A DNA stretch of 64,000 nt from contig NC_083224.1 of the NCBI RefSeq assembly GCF_032191835.1, forward strand, positions 89,900,001 through 89,964,000, in the 5' to 3' direction. The notes beneath the pieces were generated by a model. The model saw nothing but the letters and a program-made list of their open reading frames with translations, had not been told where the DNA came from and ran no database searches. This document shows, piece after piece, positions 49,684-61,810 of the stretch. Every line of letters starts with the position of its first letter. Positions within the stretch are counted from its first letter, which is position 1. Made by a program: the position numbers and the translations under genes. This stretch comes from Heteronotia binoei (lineage: Eukaryota).

Positions 49684-49743
49684 CGTTGCAGCCGGAGCAG
49701 GCGCTCAGACCTTCTTGGCTGAGCGCCTGCTCCGGCTGCAACG

Positions 49744-49784
49744 CCACTGAGGATGTTCTCCGCAGCTGAGAATGAAACGTCTGG
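49744..49784 (+). ncRNA. Second minimal hammerhead motif (opposite strand)
   Basis: CCA-CTGAGGA-T-GTTCTC-CGCAGCT-GAGAAT-GAAA-CG-TC-TGG; closing pair of helix II is G-U rather than G-C. Confidence 0.7.
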
Positions 49785-50184
49785 AAGGAAAACTTTCTCC
49801 AGTAGAACACGGCACTTGATCTCGAAAGATTCTACAAACCCTAATAATCAATATTACATCTGTGCCTATGAATTTCCACCTTTACTGAAACGAATGCATG
49901 TTAATATGTAGTCGTGTGACATACAAGTTGATTTATTTCCATGCTGCATTTTTTTATTACCATCTGCCCCAGCACAGAGATAGTGGATGGTCAGGTATTG
50001 TGTTTATTCACAGTTTTATTGAGTATATTTAAACAGGTACAATTTGGCCCTATTTGGATTGTGCCAAGAAGATCAAGGACTACTACAGAAATGGCTTTTA
50101 ATGGTTTTGTGAGTATTATTTAGTACAGACACAATGTACTATGTTTAATAGTTTGGTTTTATGGTCAAGTACAGTGATGTCAAT

Positions 50185-50950
50185 TTTATTTTTTTATTTA
50201 TTACGTTAAATTTATATCTCTCCCTTTCTGTAAGCAGACTCAGGGTGGCTAACAATCTAAAATGGCATCAGAAACAAATACATCAGTTAAAACCTTAAAA
50301 ACATAAAAACACCATGGTGCTATATGGCAAAATAATACAATTTTCTAAAAATTCCTTTCAGTTTTTTTCAGTAGCTGTCGGTGTTCCTTAGAGGCAATGT
50401 TATAGACAGGCGAATCCAGGTGGGTCGGCAGCCCTCTCCCATTTGAGATGTTATATGCCAGCTGGAACAATTCGTTTTACAGGCCCTGTGGATTTGGGAG
50501 AGATCCTGCAGGGCCCTAATGATCTCCAGAAAGGTGTTCCATAATATTGGCGCTGCCACAGAGAATGCCCTGGCAGAACTCAGCCTGGCCTCCCATGGCC
50601 CGGAGATTGAGAGATTCTGAGTCCCCGAGTGCAGTACTCTCTGGGGAATATGTGGGGAAAGGGGGTCCTGCAGATAGACAGGTCCCAGGCCATATAGGGC
50701 TTTAAAGGTCAACACCAGCACCTTTTAGTGGATTCAGAATGCAACAGGCTTTCAGCACATGTTGGATGTGCTCTGATTGTGGGAGCCTCATTAACAATCT
50801 AGCCACAGCATTTTGCACCAGCCGCAGCTTCTGGACCTAATTCAAGGGCAGCCCCATATAGAGGACATTAGAGTAGTCTATTCTTGAGATGACCATAGCA
50901 TGGATCACCATTGCTAAATTGCTGCACTCAGGGTAGGGGACCAACTGCCA
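50185..50950 (-). mobile_element. L2 LINE 3' fragment in CFAP276 intron 3
   Basis: LVLTFKALYGLGPVYLQDPLSPHIPQRVL; L2 tail near 50185-50250. Confidence 0.88.
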
Positions 50951-51665
50951 TTGTGGTGCCTGTGAGCCCTATGATGTCTGCCAGTGTACTTCTGGCATTA
51001 AGTTTCTTCTTCCACAAAGCAAAGTGTTAATCCTGGCTTTCTTTGATCTCACTGGAGCATGAGGTGCACTAGAAGACTCCTGGAGGCATCATCTTTCACT
51101 ATGCATCATCTTTTGGCCACTTCCCAATGTTCTGTAATTTTGTACTACCTTCTCCCCTTTCTCAAAATTCCAAACATGAACATGAGCTGAATGTACAAAA
51201 AGCCATGAAGCTGAAGGGGGGCTTCAGCAAGGGGAGCTATTGGATTAAACTGCCCCTTTCTTCTTTGCTCTTGGACCTCTGCTTGTGGGGGAGGAAGACA
51301 ATTTCTTACTACAACATCACCAACCCTCATGGCTTTTTGTCCATGCAAGATCTTGCAACCCCAGACATCATCTCTCTGGGTGTCAAAGGATACTGTTGAA
51401 GGAAAGGGAAGATGCAGAAAATCCATTTCTACTGGCACTTTCCACTGACAACTAGTTGAATACAACCCAATGGAATTTGCTGAGAAAATGTATAAGGTTA
51501 CTGGTGGCTCTGAAGGTTGTGCCCATGTGAGAAACTGAATTAGATGACATTGTGGCATCATGAGGTAGCTGCAGGAGTTTCAGGGGGTACACTGATGGAG
51601 AACACAAATCTTATGAAAAGCTATATTGCTTGCTGAAACCTGGAAAGTAAAAGGATTAGGCTTAC

Positions 51666-51781
51666 CCATGGTCATCAAAAATGGTTTCTTTATGGAGAAC
51701 TACCTTGCTCTTTTCTTTAAGCAAGTCTTTGTGATGATTGTACAAGGAACTGAGGTTAAAATCCAGGCTGTCTCTGGAAAC
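51666..51781 (-). CDS. CFAP276: CFAP276 exon 3 (VSRDSLDFNLSSLYNHHKDLLKEKSKVVLHKETIFDDH)
   Basis: Matches human IPKDDLDFRLAALYNHH; phase 0 to 2, gtaagc donor. Not in the ORF track frame shown. Confidence 0.95.
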
Positions 51782-52050
51782 CTACACAAAGAGTTTCAGA
51801 AACATTCAGGGGGGAGTCTATTTTGACATTTAAACTACCAACCATCTCCCATTAGTAAACAATGGAATTGCAAGTGATTAGAAAATTGCCCATGTGAATG
51901 CAAAGCTGACAACACAAAAGCATAGGCCCACCAGTTTCCAGAGAAAAGACAACAGCAAAGTGGTTGCCAGCATGTTCTAAGTATGCAGATCCTTTAGATA
52001 TGTTTTAAAGAAAGAAAATAATGGACAGTATCTGATTTATATTTTTATAC

Positions 52051-52167
52051 CTCAGGTTCTGTGTACCAGACTTGCCTCCTGGTGCTTGCTAGGGTAGGCA
52101 TGGCATGCAATCGATTCCAGGGGTCTCGTTGTTGCACCAGGTGGGTGGGCAGAGCATAGAGAGCTTT
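52051..52167 (-). CDS. CFAP276: CFAP276 exon 2 (KALYALPTHLVQQRDPWNRLHAMPTLASTRRQVWYTEPE)
   Basis: Matches human PTHLAQQQEPWSRLNSTPTITSMRRDAYYFDPE; phase 0 to 0. Confidence 0.95.
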
Positions 52168-52597
52168 CTGGACAAAGGAGGAAAAAAGCATAAGAGGCTT
52201 AGAGTAGTGACTGGCAACCCTTCCAGACAAGATGTTTGGGGACTGGACCATCCCTGGTCATGTTGCCATTACAGGTGAGATTTGGTTTTCTCTTGGTACT
52301 GATTTCACCAGCAAGTCTATGATCCCAGGGAGTCTTCTTCCTATGGACTTGTAAGTAAACTCCTTTTGCTGTTTAAAGGATCTGCTCATTGGTTAGGTCT
52401 CCCTCTTTGGTTGCTGATTGAATGCTCTAAGGCAATAGGGTTAACTGCATCTCTCTCGTCTCTTTTAACTTGTACAGATCAGACAAACTGCATTCATAAT
52501 GTTAAGAAATTTAATAAGAAAATGCAAAAACACATGACATCAGTAAACATGAAGGAACCCCAGGAGGACAAAAGAAAAAGGTGATTAAAACCACAAT

Positions 52598-52850
52598 CAT
52601 AAGAACATAAGAAAAACTGTGTCAGATCAGGTCAATGGTCCATCCAGTCCAACACTCTGTCACACAGTGGCCAAAACTCAGGCATCATCAGGAAGTCCAG
52701 CAGTGAATCCAGAATTCCAGAAGCCCTCCCACTGTGTGCCTCCCACAACTACCAAGAATACAGAACATCACTACCTCAGACATAGTGTTCCATCTATATC
52801 TTTGGCTAATAGCCACTAATGGACCTCTGCTCCATATGTTTATCCAATGT
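52598..52850 (-). mobile_element. CR1 3' UTR fragment
   Basis: CATAAGAACATAAG tail; same 3' family as 19094-20175. Confidence 0.75.
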
Positions 52851-54387
52851 GTTTATCTAAGTCCTCCGATCCTGTTACGTAATTTTAAATGATGGAAAAT
52901 TAGGATAGGCTATTGATTCCTGGAGTTGTTAGCATTAAGAAATCATCCATTATATTGTTCCAGTGCTTTAGGGCTTCTTCCTTTGTGGTTTCAGCAACAG
53001 ATTAAAATGGAGCGTGATCTTAAGAATTAAGACCTCATGGAAAATGGCTAAAAATGGCTCTTCCTAACTGATGGCTGTTATTTATATTTTAACTGTTCTT
53101 AATTTACTGAATTATTGTGTTATTTTATTATCTAATGTAATCTGCTCTGAGCCTGCTTGCAGGGAGGGCGGACTATAAATTGAAATAAATAAATACATCT
53201 GAAGTTTAAAATATTTATCCCCCTCTGCCCCTCCCTTTGCAGAGCCTCTCCTCACCCCGTTCCAAATAAAAGGTTCATCCTTTTCTTTTGGTGTCCCAAG
53301 CTCTATAGCTGAGTTGTGCCCTGGCTATTGTCCTTTTGGCTAGGGCTGTTTGAATTTCTGTGGCACCTCACAGTAGAGTCATACCAACTAATCTTCCTCA
53401 TTCTCCCCCACCTTTGTAACCTCTGGACATGTACAGAGTACAGACCCAATAACAACAGACTTTTCTGGGTGTGCAAATTCTGAGGTATAAGGCATTCACC
53501 ATATAGCTGCCCAATGTTTTCTCAGCTCATTCAGTAATGGGAAAGAGTAGGATGCCTTATCCTGCCTGGTATGAGACCAGTTGATAATGCTTACAATAAT
53601 CTGAGGGTTCATACTGCTACCTTATCCTCCCTCTTCCAAGACTAGCCAAATTGCTCAACAATTTGAGGGAGAAAAGTAGTTTGTATTGTGGATACTGTCA
53701 AATTGCTCCTTGCTCATTTACAATTAAGACCAGCATGGAGAGAGCTGGGGACTCAGTCAGCTTTAGTAAAGGAGAAAGAACAGTGAATGCATGTGCACCT
53801 TCTAAGTCAGAAATTCCCCTCATAAAGTGTGCATCTGGAGAGAAAGATTCAAAGGATTTAGAATGCCTCACAATCCTTTGAAAGTACCTCTGCATCAGCC
53901 CAAATTCTAATCCCAAAAGATTACAAATAAATTATTTCTCAATCTTTGTGGGACAGAGACTTGTCTTTTTTTTTTCTTGCATTATTCTGTAAATTGATAA
54001 ATACAGTTTTAAATAGAGGCTAGGGAAATAGGCTCATTGTTACTGAAGAGTGATTTTTCTCCCAGGCTATAGTGGAGGTGAGAGGCTGGACTGTTTGCGC
54101 TGTTAAACCTCCACAAATAATACTGTCTTTTGCTCTTTCATCCTTTCCTATAGACTTTTCCTTTCTAGACCCTGGAGGAGCATATCCTCTTGCCATATAA
54201 GGTCCTTACAGCCAGCTCTAAAAAGAGAATTAAGATAGTAATAGATTAAAATGTAGCAGAGTGGAATTTATGGAAACACATGAGAGGGTGGATATTCCAA
54301 ACAACAATTGTATATTAGAGCAGCAAGAGAAGAGCAGAGTAAAAACTGTAACATTGCCCTGAAACGGTATAACTTGGTTTCCCTTAC

Positions 54388-54468
54388 CTGGCAATTCCTG
54401 GGCTGACCAGGGCAGGTGTTTTCACTTTCGTAGTGGGGAAACGGGAAGGGGTCCCTGGTAGGTGACAT
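54388..54468 (-). CDS. CFAP276: CFAP276 (C1orf194) exon 1 (MSPTRDPFPFPHYESENTCPGQPRNCQ)
   Basis: Human starts MPPTRDPF; cag|gtaagg donor; five exons splice in frame to 172 aa. Confidence 0.95.
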
Positions 54469-54587
54469 ATTCCAGTCTCCGGAAAAACCCCGCTCAGGAA
54501 CCCCAAGTGTCAATAGCGGTCACAACAACTGCAGCAGACCCGTAGGTTGTGACACCGCGCGATAGTTTTGTTTAGGATTTCACAGAG

Positions 54588-54600
54588 GTTGCTAGGCGAC
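54588..54600. promoter_or_regulatory. RFX X-box upstream of CFAP276
   Basis: GTTGCTAGGCGAC, 120 nt upstream of the ATG of a motile-cilia gene. Confidence 0.7.
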
Positions 54601-55189
54601 GGTTCTGGCGGCTTCGAGAAGTTGTCGCGCAATCTTTTTACGCGCCCTCTAAGGGTTGGAAATGATACTACAGGAAGCGGCGGAAAGAGAGACCTGGAGG
54701 CCAAGGGGGGGCGGGAAGATGGGAGGGAGGAGGCGCGGGGCAAACGGGGGCGGGAAGGAAGAGGCTATTGGTGTACTGGGATAGCTTCGTGGCTAGTCGG
54801 GGAGAGGGCGAAAGCCCCGTCCACACCCTTCGTGCTATTTTCCCCCACTTTGGGAGAGGGTCCTGATTTTTTTTTTTTTGAATTAATTTTTTCCATGAGA
54901 GAACATACTATCTTTTTGACAGTTTACATATTCTGAGTAGTTTGGCGCATTTGTAATGCTGCTTTAGACGATCCCCCCCCCCCCCCATTTTAAAATAAAC
55001 TTCCAACCAAGCGCATGTGATCACGTTTTGGACAAGTGGGAAATTTCAGTTTTGCAAAGAACTTCTAGTGGAAAATTGAGCTTCATGCCTGTATTTCTTG
55101 TGTAAGCTATTACGATTCGGGACAAGTACTGTTGCCAGCCTAGTTAATTAAAAAAGAAGTCCCCACCCGGCCACACCACCCTTGCCGAT

Positions 55190-55282
55190 CTGTTTGCTGA
55201 AGTCTAGTCGCAAACGTTGTGAAAGCAACGTCACCCCACAGTCGAAGACTTGCACAGGGGGACTACCTTTACCTTTTTTTAG
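55190..55282 (+). mobile_element. Sauria SINE 3' tip inside the divergent promoter
   Basis: AAACGTTGTGAAAGCAACGTCACCCC...GGGGACTACCTTTACC. Confidence 0.7.
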
Positions 55283-55825
55283 TGGCAAAGGTCCGGCTGG
55301 CAAAGAGGCAAGAAAGCAGCCTCCGCACGCCTCTTCATAAATCGCTCCCATTCTAGGTTCGCAATTGTCTATGCGTTGGATTTGGAATCTTCATCATACA
55401 TACCAACAAGAGAGGAGCTTATTTGATGTGCAAATTAAACAATGGGCCAAAGGTGCAGTACAACCCCCCCCCTCCCCCGAAAAACCTCGGTGGCCACAAT
55501 CAACATGACAGCCCTTTCAAAGGTCTAGCAGTTCCTCCATTCCAAACGTCCTTGCAAGTTCCACGTGCAGCCCGAGCCTTGTACCGGCGTGCAGCAGCCG
55601 TGGCGCCATGCTAGGCTGCGCTGCTCACCCCACGGATTCCTGCATCTCTTCTCTGCCACCGTCGTTGCCAGTCAGGCCTCTGCCAAGCGCCGAGGGAGGC
55701 GCCGGGCCTGCTCGTGGAATGAGCGCGCGCTGAACAAACGGCCTCCGGGCCGCCCGAACCGCGGCGGCATCTTTCAAGCCTCAGGTGTGCTTCAGCCAGA
55801 GGCCGGCGCTACAGAGGCAGCGGCG

Positions 55826-55838
55826 GTTGCTAGGCAGC
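55826..55838. promoter_or_regulatory. X-box-like motif upstream of ELAPOR1
   Basis: GTTGCTAGGCAGC, ~140 nt upstream of the ATG. Confidence 0.5.
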
Positions 55839-55974
55839 GCCGTGGGGGCGGTGCAGACCTGGGCGTGGGCGGAGCGAGGTTCCTGCATCCCTGTGCCGGA
55901 GAGTCCTGCTGTTGCACCTGAGCCGGCGGCTGCCTCCGACGTCGAGCGCCGTGCCTGGCGGCTGCTGCGCAGCG

Positions 55975-56145
55975 ATGGCTGGGGCTGGGGCTGGCAGGCT
56001 CCATCCTTCTCGCGATGCGGCTGGATGCTGGTGCCTCTCTGGTGGGATCGGGCGGAGGCGCCTGCTGCTCCTCCTGCTCTCTCTGTCGCTGCTGGTTGGG
56101 GCGGGCGCTGCCATCCAGGGAGAGGACCTCCACGCCTGCAAAGAG
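55975..56145 (+). CDS. ELAPOR1: ELAPOR1 (KIAA1324/EIG121) coding exon 1, signal peptide; exon 2 not found in window
   Basis: MAGAGAG...RRRLLLLLLSLSLLVGAGAAIQGEDLHACKE|gtaac; human exon 1 ends GPELHACKE; position head-to-head with CFAP276 is conserved. Confidence 0.93.
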
Positions 56146-57095
56146 GTAACGGGGCAGGGAGGCAGTCTCTGTCAAGGGGAGGGCGGAGGGCATTTGTGTC
56201 CGGTTAACAAGGAGCTGGTGATGGAGATGAGCACTAACAAGGCCGTCGAAATGTCATTGCCTGCTGAGGGTTATTTACTCATCAAACTCCACCCCAAAGT
56301 GACATCTGGGATGCTTGTAAAGCAAAAGACACATTGGAGGTCCATAGTTTTAGAGAGAAATGAAATGCAGGGTCTCTGAGGAGGTTGGTTTGTTTTGTCT
56401 GAGACGCTTACAAAAATGCACTTGCCTGTGTTCTTCTCTAGTGTCTTGGTGCCACGCAAGGTGTTAAATGTAGTAGGGACAGGAAGCCATGTCTTGTTAG
56501 GAACAAAAGCAATCAAACTCACTTTGTGGGCATTTGGGGAGACTGTTGAGATGAGGTAAAAGTGAATTTCAGGCCACATCTCCCCAACTAGCAAGGGCTG
56601 GGAGAACAATAATGTTTTAGGGGTGGAGGAAATTTCCTGGGCCAGACTAAATCAAAAGCAGTATTGCAGCGGGGAAGTGATTTTCACTAGTCTGTTTCTC
56701 TGAGTTTGTATACACTGGTTTGGGGGGGGGGGGGTACTTTTAGTATCCAACAGAAAAGAAATTGATTCTCACTAGTGCTTTACTTATGGTGGGAAATGCC
56801 AGAAAGTCAACCTTGTAGCAAAAATAAGTCATCTTGCAGCACCTGAGGAATTAACAAATTTACTTATAACTTAAGTTTTATGCCACAGGAGTCTTTGCTG
56901 CTTTACTGGCTTTGTAGCCTCATCTAAGTTCCCCAGATCCTACATCATCAGCATTACCACCTGTCCTGGTTTTCACTGAAGGTAATAGTAAGGACCCATC
57001 TTGCAGAGCAAAAGAGAGGCCCTCCCTGTCTTTTAATTGGAGGATCATCCAATATTCTGCCGCTGTAATAATTAGCATTCCTATATCCTGCTCCT

Positions 57096-57360
57096 GGAGA
57101 GCCAATTTGGTGTAGTGATTAAGTGTGTGGACTCTAATTTGGGAGAACCAGGTTTGATTCCCCACTTTTCCAAATACAGCTGCGGGTGTGGCCTTGGATC
57201 AGTCACAAGTTCTCAGCAGAGCTGTTCTCTCAAGAGCAGCTCTTGAAAGAGCTCTCTCAGCCCCACCTACCTCACAAGGGTATCTATTTTTGGGAAGAGG
57301 AAGGGAAAGGAGATTGTAAACCACTCTGAGTGAAGGGGGGTATAAAACCAATCTCTTATT
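57096..57360 (+). mobile_element. tRNA-derived SINE with L2 tail (Squam3-like)
   Basis: Aligns to 42522-42805. Confidence 0.85.
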
Positions 57361-58281
57361 TTCTGTTAACTGCTGACTGCAGCCTGCTTTAAGAAAGTAC
57401 CTCCTTATTTGTGCATATTTATTCTGTATAATGTGGCATATTACCTCTGAGTCAGATGCTGCTATCTAATAGATGAACAAGGAATAATTTACATTTCTTC
57501 TGAGCTTATTTGGTTTTTCTTTCTTTTTCTCTCTCCTTTATTTAAACTAACAGAACTGGATATGAACATTATGGGTGGTGGAAACAAAAAACAAACATAA
57601 CAGATGAAAATTAAAAAGATATTTATTGCAAGGGAGTTAACATACTTTTGGTCTCTGCTTGGGTTTTTGAGTTTACTTCTGGAAACAGCAAAGTTTCTGC
57701 ATTTAGCATGTAATGTAATCCATAAGTATTTTTCTCTGTTGCAGTTTGAAGACTAGCTTATCAGATCCCCTACAGTTTTATAAATTTCAAATATGTGTCT
57801 ACAGAAAGCTGGTAGAATAGCCAGAAAAGGCTTTAATTCTATTTGAGATAGTGGTTTAGAGTCTTGTTGAGAATGTAACCTGCTTTAATTGTGGGTGTGT
57901 GATCTCTTTCTGTCCCTTCACTGTGTTGTTCCTGCTTAAACATCAACCTGAGGTCACACAGTACCATTTGGATGGTATTTTTTACTGTAGCTTGTGATTG
58001 TGTACTCATCCATCAAAGAGCAAACATGGTAATGAGGATGTGTTCCTGAGGGTGCATGGTTGCTGTGCCACTCATACAGCTCACATGATTTAAAAAACAG
58101 CAACAGGATTATTCTGTGAAAGAAGCTTTTGGAAAGGATCACAATACGAAAATAAAATGGAGCCAGGGGGCAGTAATCTTTGTTCGTAATGCAGGACCCC
58201 CTCATGTGTGGATGTCTAGGGAGTCCAAATAAGGAGAAATGGTGAAGGAAGGTATCTGGTATGATAGAGATAATATTGGGC

Positions 58282-58452
58282 CAGGACTGGATCTACATGT
58301 TTTTTGAGGGGGGGTAAAATTAAATAATGGTGTCCCTTTATGGCCCATTCTACCTTATGGGCCCACAGAATAGAATAGACTCCATAGCCAATTTGGTGCC
58401 CCCCCCTCTAGTGGGGCCCGGGGCAAACACCCCCCCCCCCAATCTGACCCTG
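58282..58452. mobile_element. hAT MITE with perfect 8-bp TSD
   Basis: CAGGACTGGATC / AATCTGACCCTG termini; TATTGGGC at 58274-58281 and 58453-58460. Confidence 0.88.
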
Positions 58453-59077
58453 TATTGGGCTCAACTGACTCCCTTTGTTCCTCCAAATGTAAAGCCCCAC
58501 TGTAGGTGTGGGTGGTTCCTGTAACTTCCCTCTGCTGCTCCGCAATATATGAGCCCATTAGTTGTGCTGGCCTTAGCCAGTTCGTCAAACCTCCTTCAAA
58601 CCATTCTGAACAAGAAATGGACCCTAGAAAGCCAATTCATGGAGCAGCTGATCCTCTCTGCCACTCCAAGCATAAATTACCCAGCCGATTGGACCAGCTG
58701 CTAAGGCTGAAGGGTGGTGAGCACTGAAAATACTGCTCCATGCTTTTCCAAGGCCAGGCACTCCCTTCATCCCTTCCTTTGCTTCTCAGTCAGGTCATAT
58801 AGGAGGGGTGCCTAGAACCATAGAGCAAGGAGCTGTTATTTCAACATCCTTGGTTGACAAGCTGGGACAGTGGATGCCATCTGGGCTCCCTCCACCCCAT
58901 TCTGTTTATGTATTTATTACATCATATTTTGGGTCCTCATCGACAAAGTTGTCTACATCTTTTTGCTGTAGAGTGTCTAGACACTCCTCCAGTCCCTGAG
59001 GAAGGTGACAAAAGCAGGTGAAAATGTGTGGTATTGGGCTGCAATCTAAGAAACAGCTTTGACAGCACCCTTTAAGC

Positions 59078-59395
59078 CAGAGGTGTCAAACTCATTTGTG
59101 ATGAGGAACGGATCTAACATAAACATCTTTTTGTTGGGCCAGGGCCATGAGTGCTATAAAATGTAATGTCAGCTACTGGGGATATAAACTTTATAAAGGA
59201 CACAGGCAAACCCAATTAACAATATTTAAGTCAAAATACAAACATGCTTTAATACACTGACAGTCTTATAGAATTTCCTTAAAGTGTCTCCCAGATGCCT
59301 ACCCTCCCACTTATATCGCATGTTACGCATTAGCACAGGGACAGTATACTGGATGGGCTAGTTCCGGCCCACGAGCCATATCATTGATACCCCTG
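59078..59395. mobile_element. hAT (Charlie-like) MITE
   Basis: CAGAGGTGTCAA / TTGATACCCCTG termini; TSD CTTTAAGC/CTTTAAGT. Confidence 0.85.
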
Positions 59396-59434
59396 CTTTA
59401 AGTTTAATGTTTTCAGATGTACCGATGTATAGTG

Positions 59435-59592
59435 AGGGCTTTTTTGTATCAGGAACTCCTTTGCATGTTAGGCTACACACCCCTGACGTAGCCAATCCTC
59501 CTGGAGTTTACAGTGAGCCCTGTAAGCTCTTCGAGGATTGGCTACATCAGGGGTGTGTGGTCTAATTTGCAAAGGAGCAGCTCCTGCTACAA
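59435..59592. mobile_element. Palindromic hAT-type MITE
   Basis: Same family as 43631-43799. Confidence 0.75.
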
Positions 59593-60849
59593 CCCACCCC
59601 CCCTGCATATAGTGTGTGTGGATGTCTGTAGGTAAACAGAGAATGTGCAAATGAATGAATGGCAAAGTAGTTGGTGTCTTTGTGAATGCAATACCAAACT
59701 GTGGATGAATAAATATTTGAGAGGTCTCTGAAGTTTGTACATATTTGTGTTTCTGTTACATCAGTGTTTCTGTGTGTATATTAATACATTACTATAGTTA
59801 TGCATATGCAAGAACTATAATATTTCTCACTAAACAATACAAGTCTTCACTTACAGTTGTTAGCAGTAAAGACCCCCAGATGTGTCCCCGTGTCAAAGGA
59901 AACAATCTACCTGCACTGTTTTTAATGTGTGGATGGGAGATGAGATGTAGGGAGGATGAGATCCTGCACTTTGAGTGCCTTCAGTCTGCCACTGGATTAT
60001 ATGGCTTTGACCTTGAGACTCAGGTCTTGGGGCTCATTCTTTGAGTCTCAGCACAACAGATATCCCATAAACCTGATAGCTTCTTTTATGCATGCCTGCT
60101 TGTGATAACTACTGGTCATGTAAAATAGAGATAGGTGTTAATAATCTCAAATTAACATCTTAATTACAATTGATGCTTAGTGTACAGCTAATTTTAATTT
60201 ATTTGTATGCTTATTTTTCACAATGAACTAATAGTTCATCTTTTTAAGGACACATGATTGTGACTATACAAATTTACACATCATCTGGTACAATTCATAT
60301 TGGAATTGTGGAAGTACAACCATTAATACTGTTATGAATGTGACATCATTAGTTCCCACGCCATGACATCACTAGCCCTGACCAATGAGTCTTGGGGTTT
60401 GGCCTACAGGGGATCTGGCAACCCCACAGTAGCAGCACTTTGCTATTTAGAGAGTACCTTTTCTGCATGTGCAAATAAGCCTTTAGGCTGGATTATAACA
60501 CACATTTAAATCACAGAATTGCTTACCTGGAAATAAGCCTTTTTAGTTTCAATAGAATTTATTTCCAAGTAAGTGTGTACACTTAGAATGGCAGCCTTCC
60601 TTGGAAGTTTATGTATTAACTGATTTGAGGAGTTAAAACCTGTTTTCCAGAAAAAATATGTTTTCCAAATGACATACTGAAAACATAATCAAGCAATAAA
60701 ACAGTATTTATACCATTAAATGCCAAAACCTTAAATAATATTAACAAAGAAAACCAATTCTGCTGCCAAAACTTTAATCAGTAACTTGAGCCCAACAACC
60801 CTGAACTATATTTATCAAGGCTTTCTTAAAACCATTCAAGTCTGGAATC

Positions 60850-61080
60850 TTATTTAGATAGCTATACCATTCTTTTTCTCTCCAGCGTGGACCCAAAATG
60901 GATAGCAAGATCATTCTTCCCTCTGTTTTCCTCACAACAACCCTGTGTGGTAAAGTTACACTGAGAAAGAGTGAATTGTCTAAGGTTACCCCACAGTCTT
61001 CCTTGGCAAAAGGGTAGGTTTGAATCTGGGTCCCCCAGGCCCTAGTCTGACAATTTAGCTGATACATCTCACTGGCTCTC
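60850..61080 (-). mobile_element. Old Ther1/MIR-type SINE
   Basis: CCTCACAACAACCCTGTG core; tRNA-like head at the high-coordinate end. Confidence 0.6.
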
Positions 61081-61535
61081 ACCTGAATCTCATCTGAACC
61101 TGAATGTGAACTAATGAACCACACCTAAAAGCTAGCTCCCAGGAGTTCTGTAGAGAATGTTTGGTCAGTCAGGACTACCAGTCTGACATGAGACAACACC
61201 ACCAGCAAGTTGTCTGAAGCTGATCTCAGTGAGCAGGCAAGAATACAGTTTATAAGAAAAGGCACTGCACTGAAATCTTTTGGCATATTTGTTTACAGTT
61301 ATGGTGTGTAAGGGCTGACTATACATTCAAAAAGAGTATGTGGCTCATTCCCATTGGAAGAAAGTCCCAAGCAGCTCAGCGGAACTTGCTTAATTGTTGA
61401 GTGTGCTTAGGCTTACAGCCAAACTGGGACAAATTTGGCAGAAACGCTGTGTACTCAGGCTGTCAACTGAAAGACTGCTTCCTAATCAATTATTATATAA
61501 AAAGAGTAATCTGGACGAACCTTTTAGACAGGCAT

Positions 61536-61810
61536 GAGCCCCATAGCTAGGGGGGCTCATGGGGGTGAGTGCAGAAAGCTGGAGAGGCTGGGGGCCATCC
61601 CTCTCCCTCCCACATGAATTTTAAAAGCCTGCCAATCAGCTGATTGCTGGGCCCTTTAAATAGCATGGGAAGGGCAGTGGCTGCTCCTGCAAGCCCCTCC
61701 CATGTAATTTAAATCACACAGGAGAGTAGCCATGGAATGGGGGTGAGGGACCCCAAAAACCTGTCGGGGGGGGGGCAGGCTCCATGGACCCCTGGTTAGC
61801 TACGGGCCTG
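61536..61810. mobile_element. hAT MITE with perfect 8-bp TSD
   Basis: ACAGGCAT at 61528-61535 and 61811-61818; right TIR TAGCTACGGGCCTG. Confidence 0.85.

Larger units (their letters stand above)
49548..49843. mobile_element. Penelope-like element terminal repeat inserted as an inverted dimer, 13-bp TSD
   Basis: Arms 49582-49708 and 49719-49845 are reverse complements with 3 mismatches; TSD ATAATCAATATTA at 49535-49547 and 49844-49856; GACGTTTCG PLE signature. Confidence 0.88.
54470..56250. promoter_or_regulatory. Divergent CFAP276/ELAPOR1 promoter region with CpG-rich blocks
   Basis: Start codons 54468 (-) and 55975 (+) are ~1.5 kb apart; dense CpG at ~54500-54830 and ~55550-56200. Confidence 0.8.

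Noticed and set aside
55565-56379. Overlapping GC-rich ORFs and the extended 155-aa ELAPOR1 frame
   Set aside because: CpG-island artefacts; real exon is 55975-56145 ending at a GT donor.
57940-58210. Possible transposase-like or coding remnant in ELAPOR1 intron 1
   Set aside because: No convincing motif in any frame.
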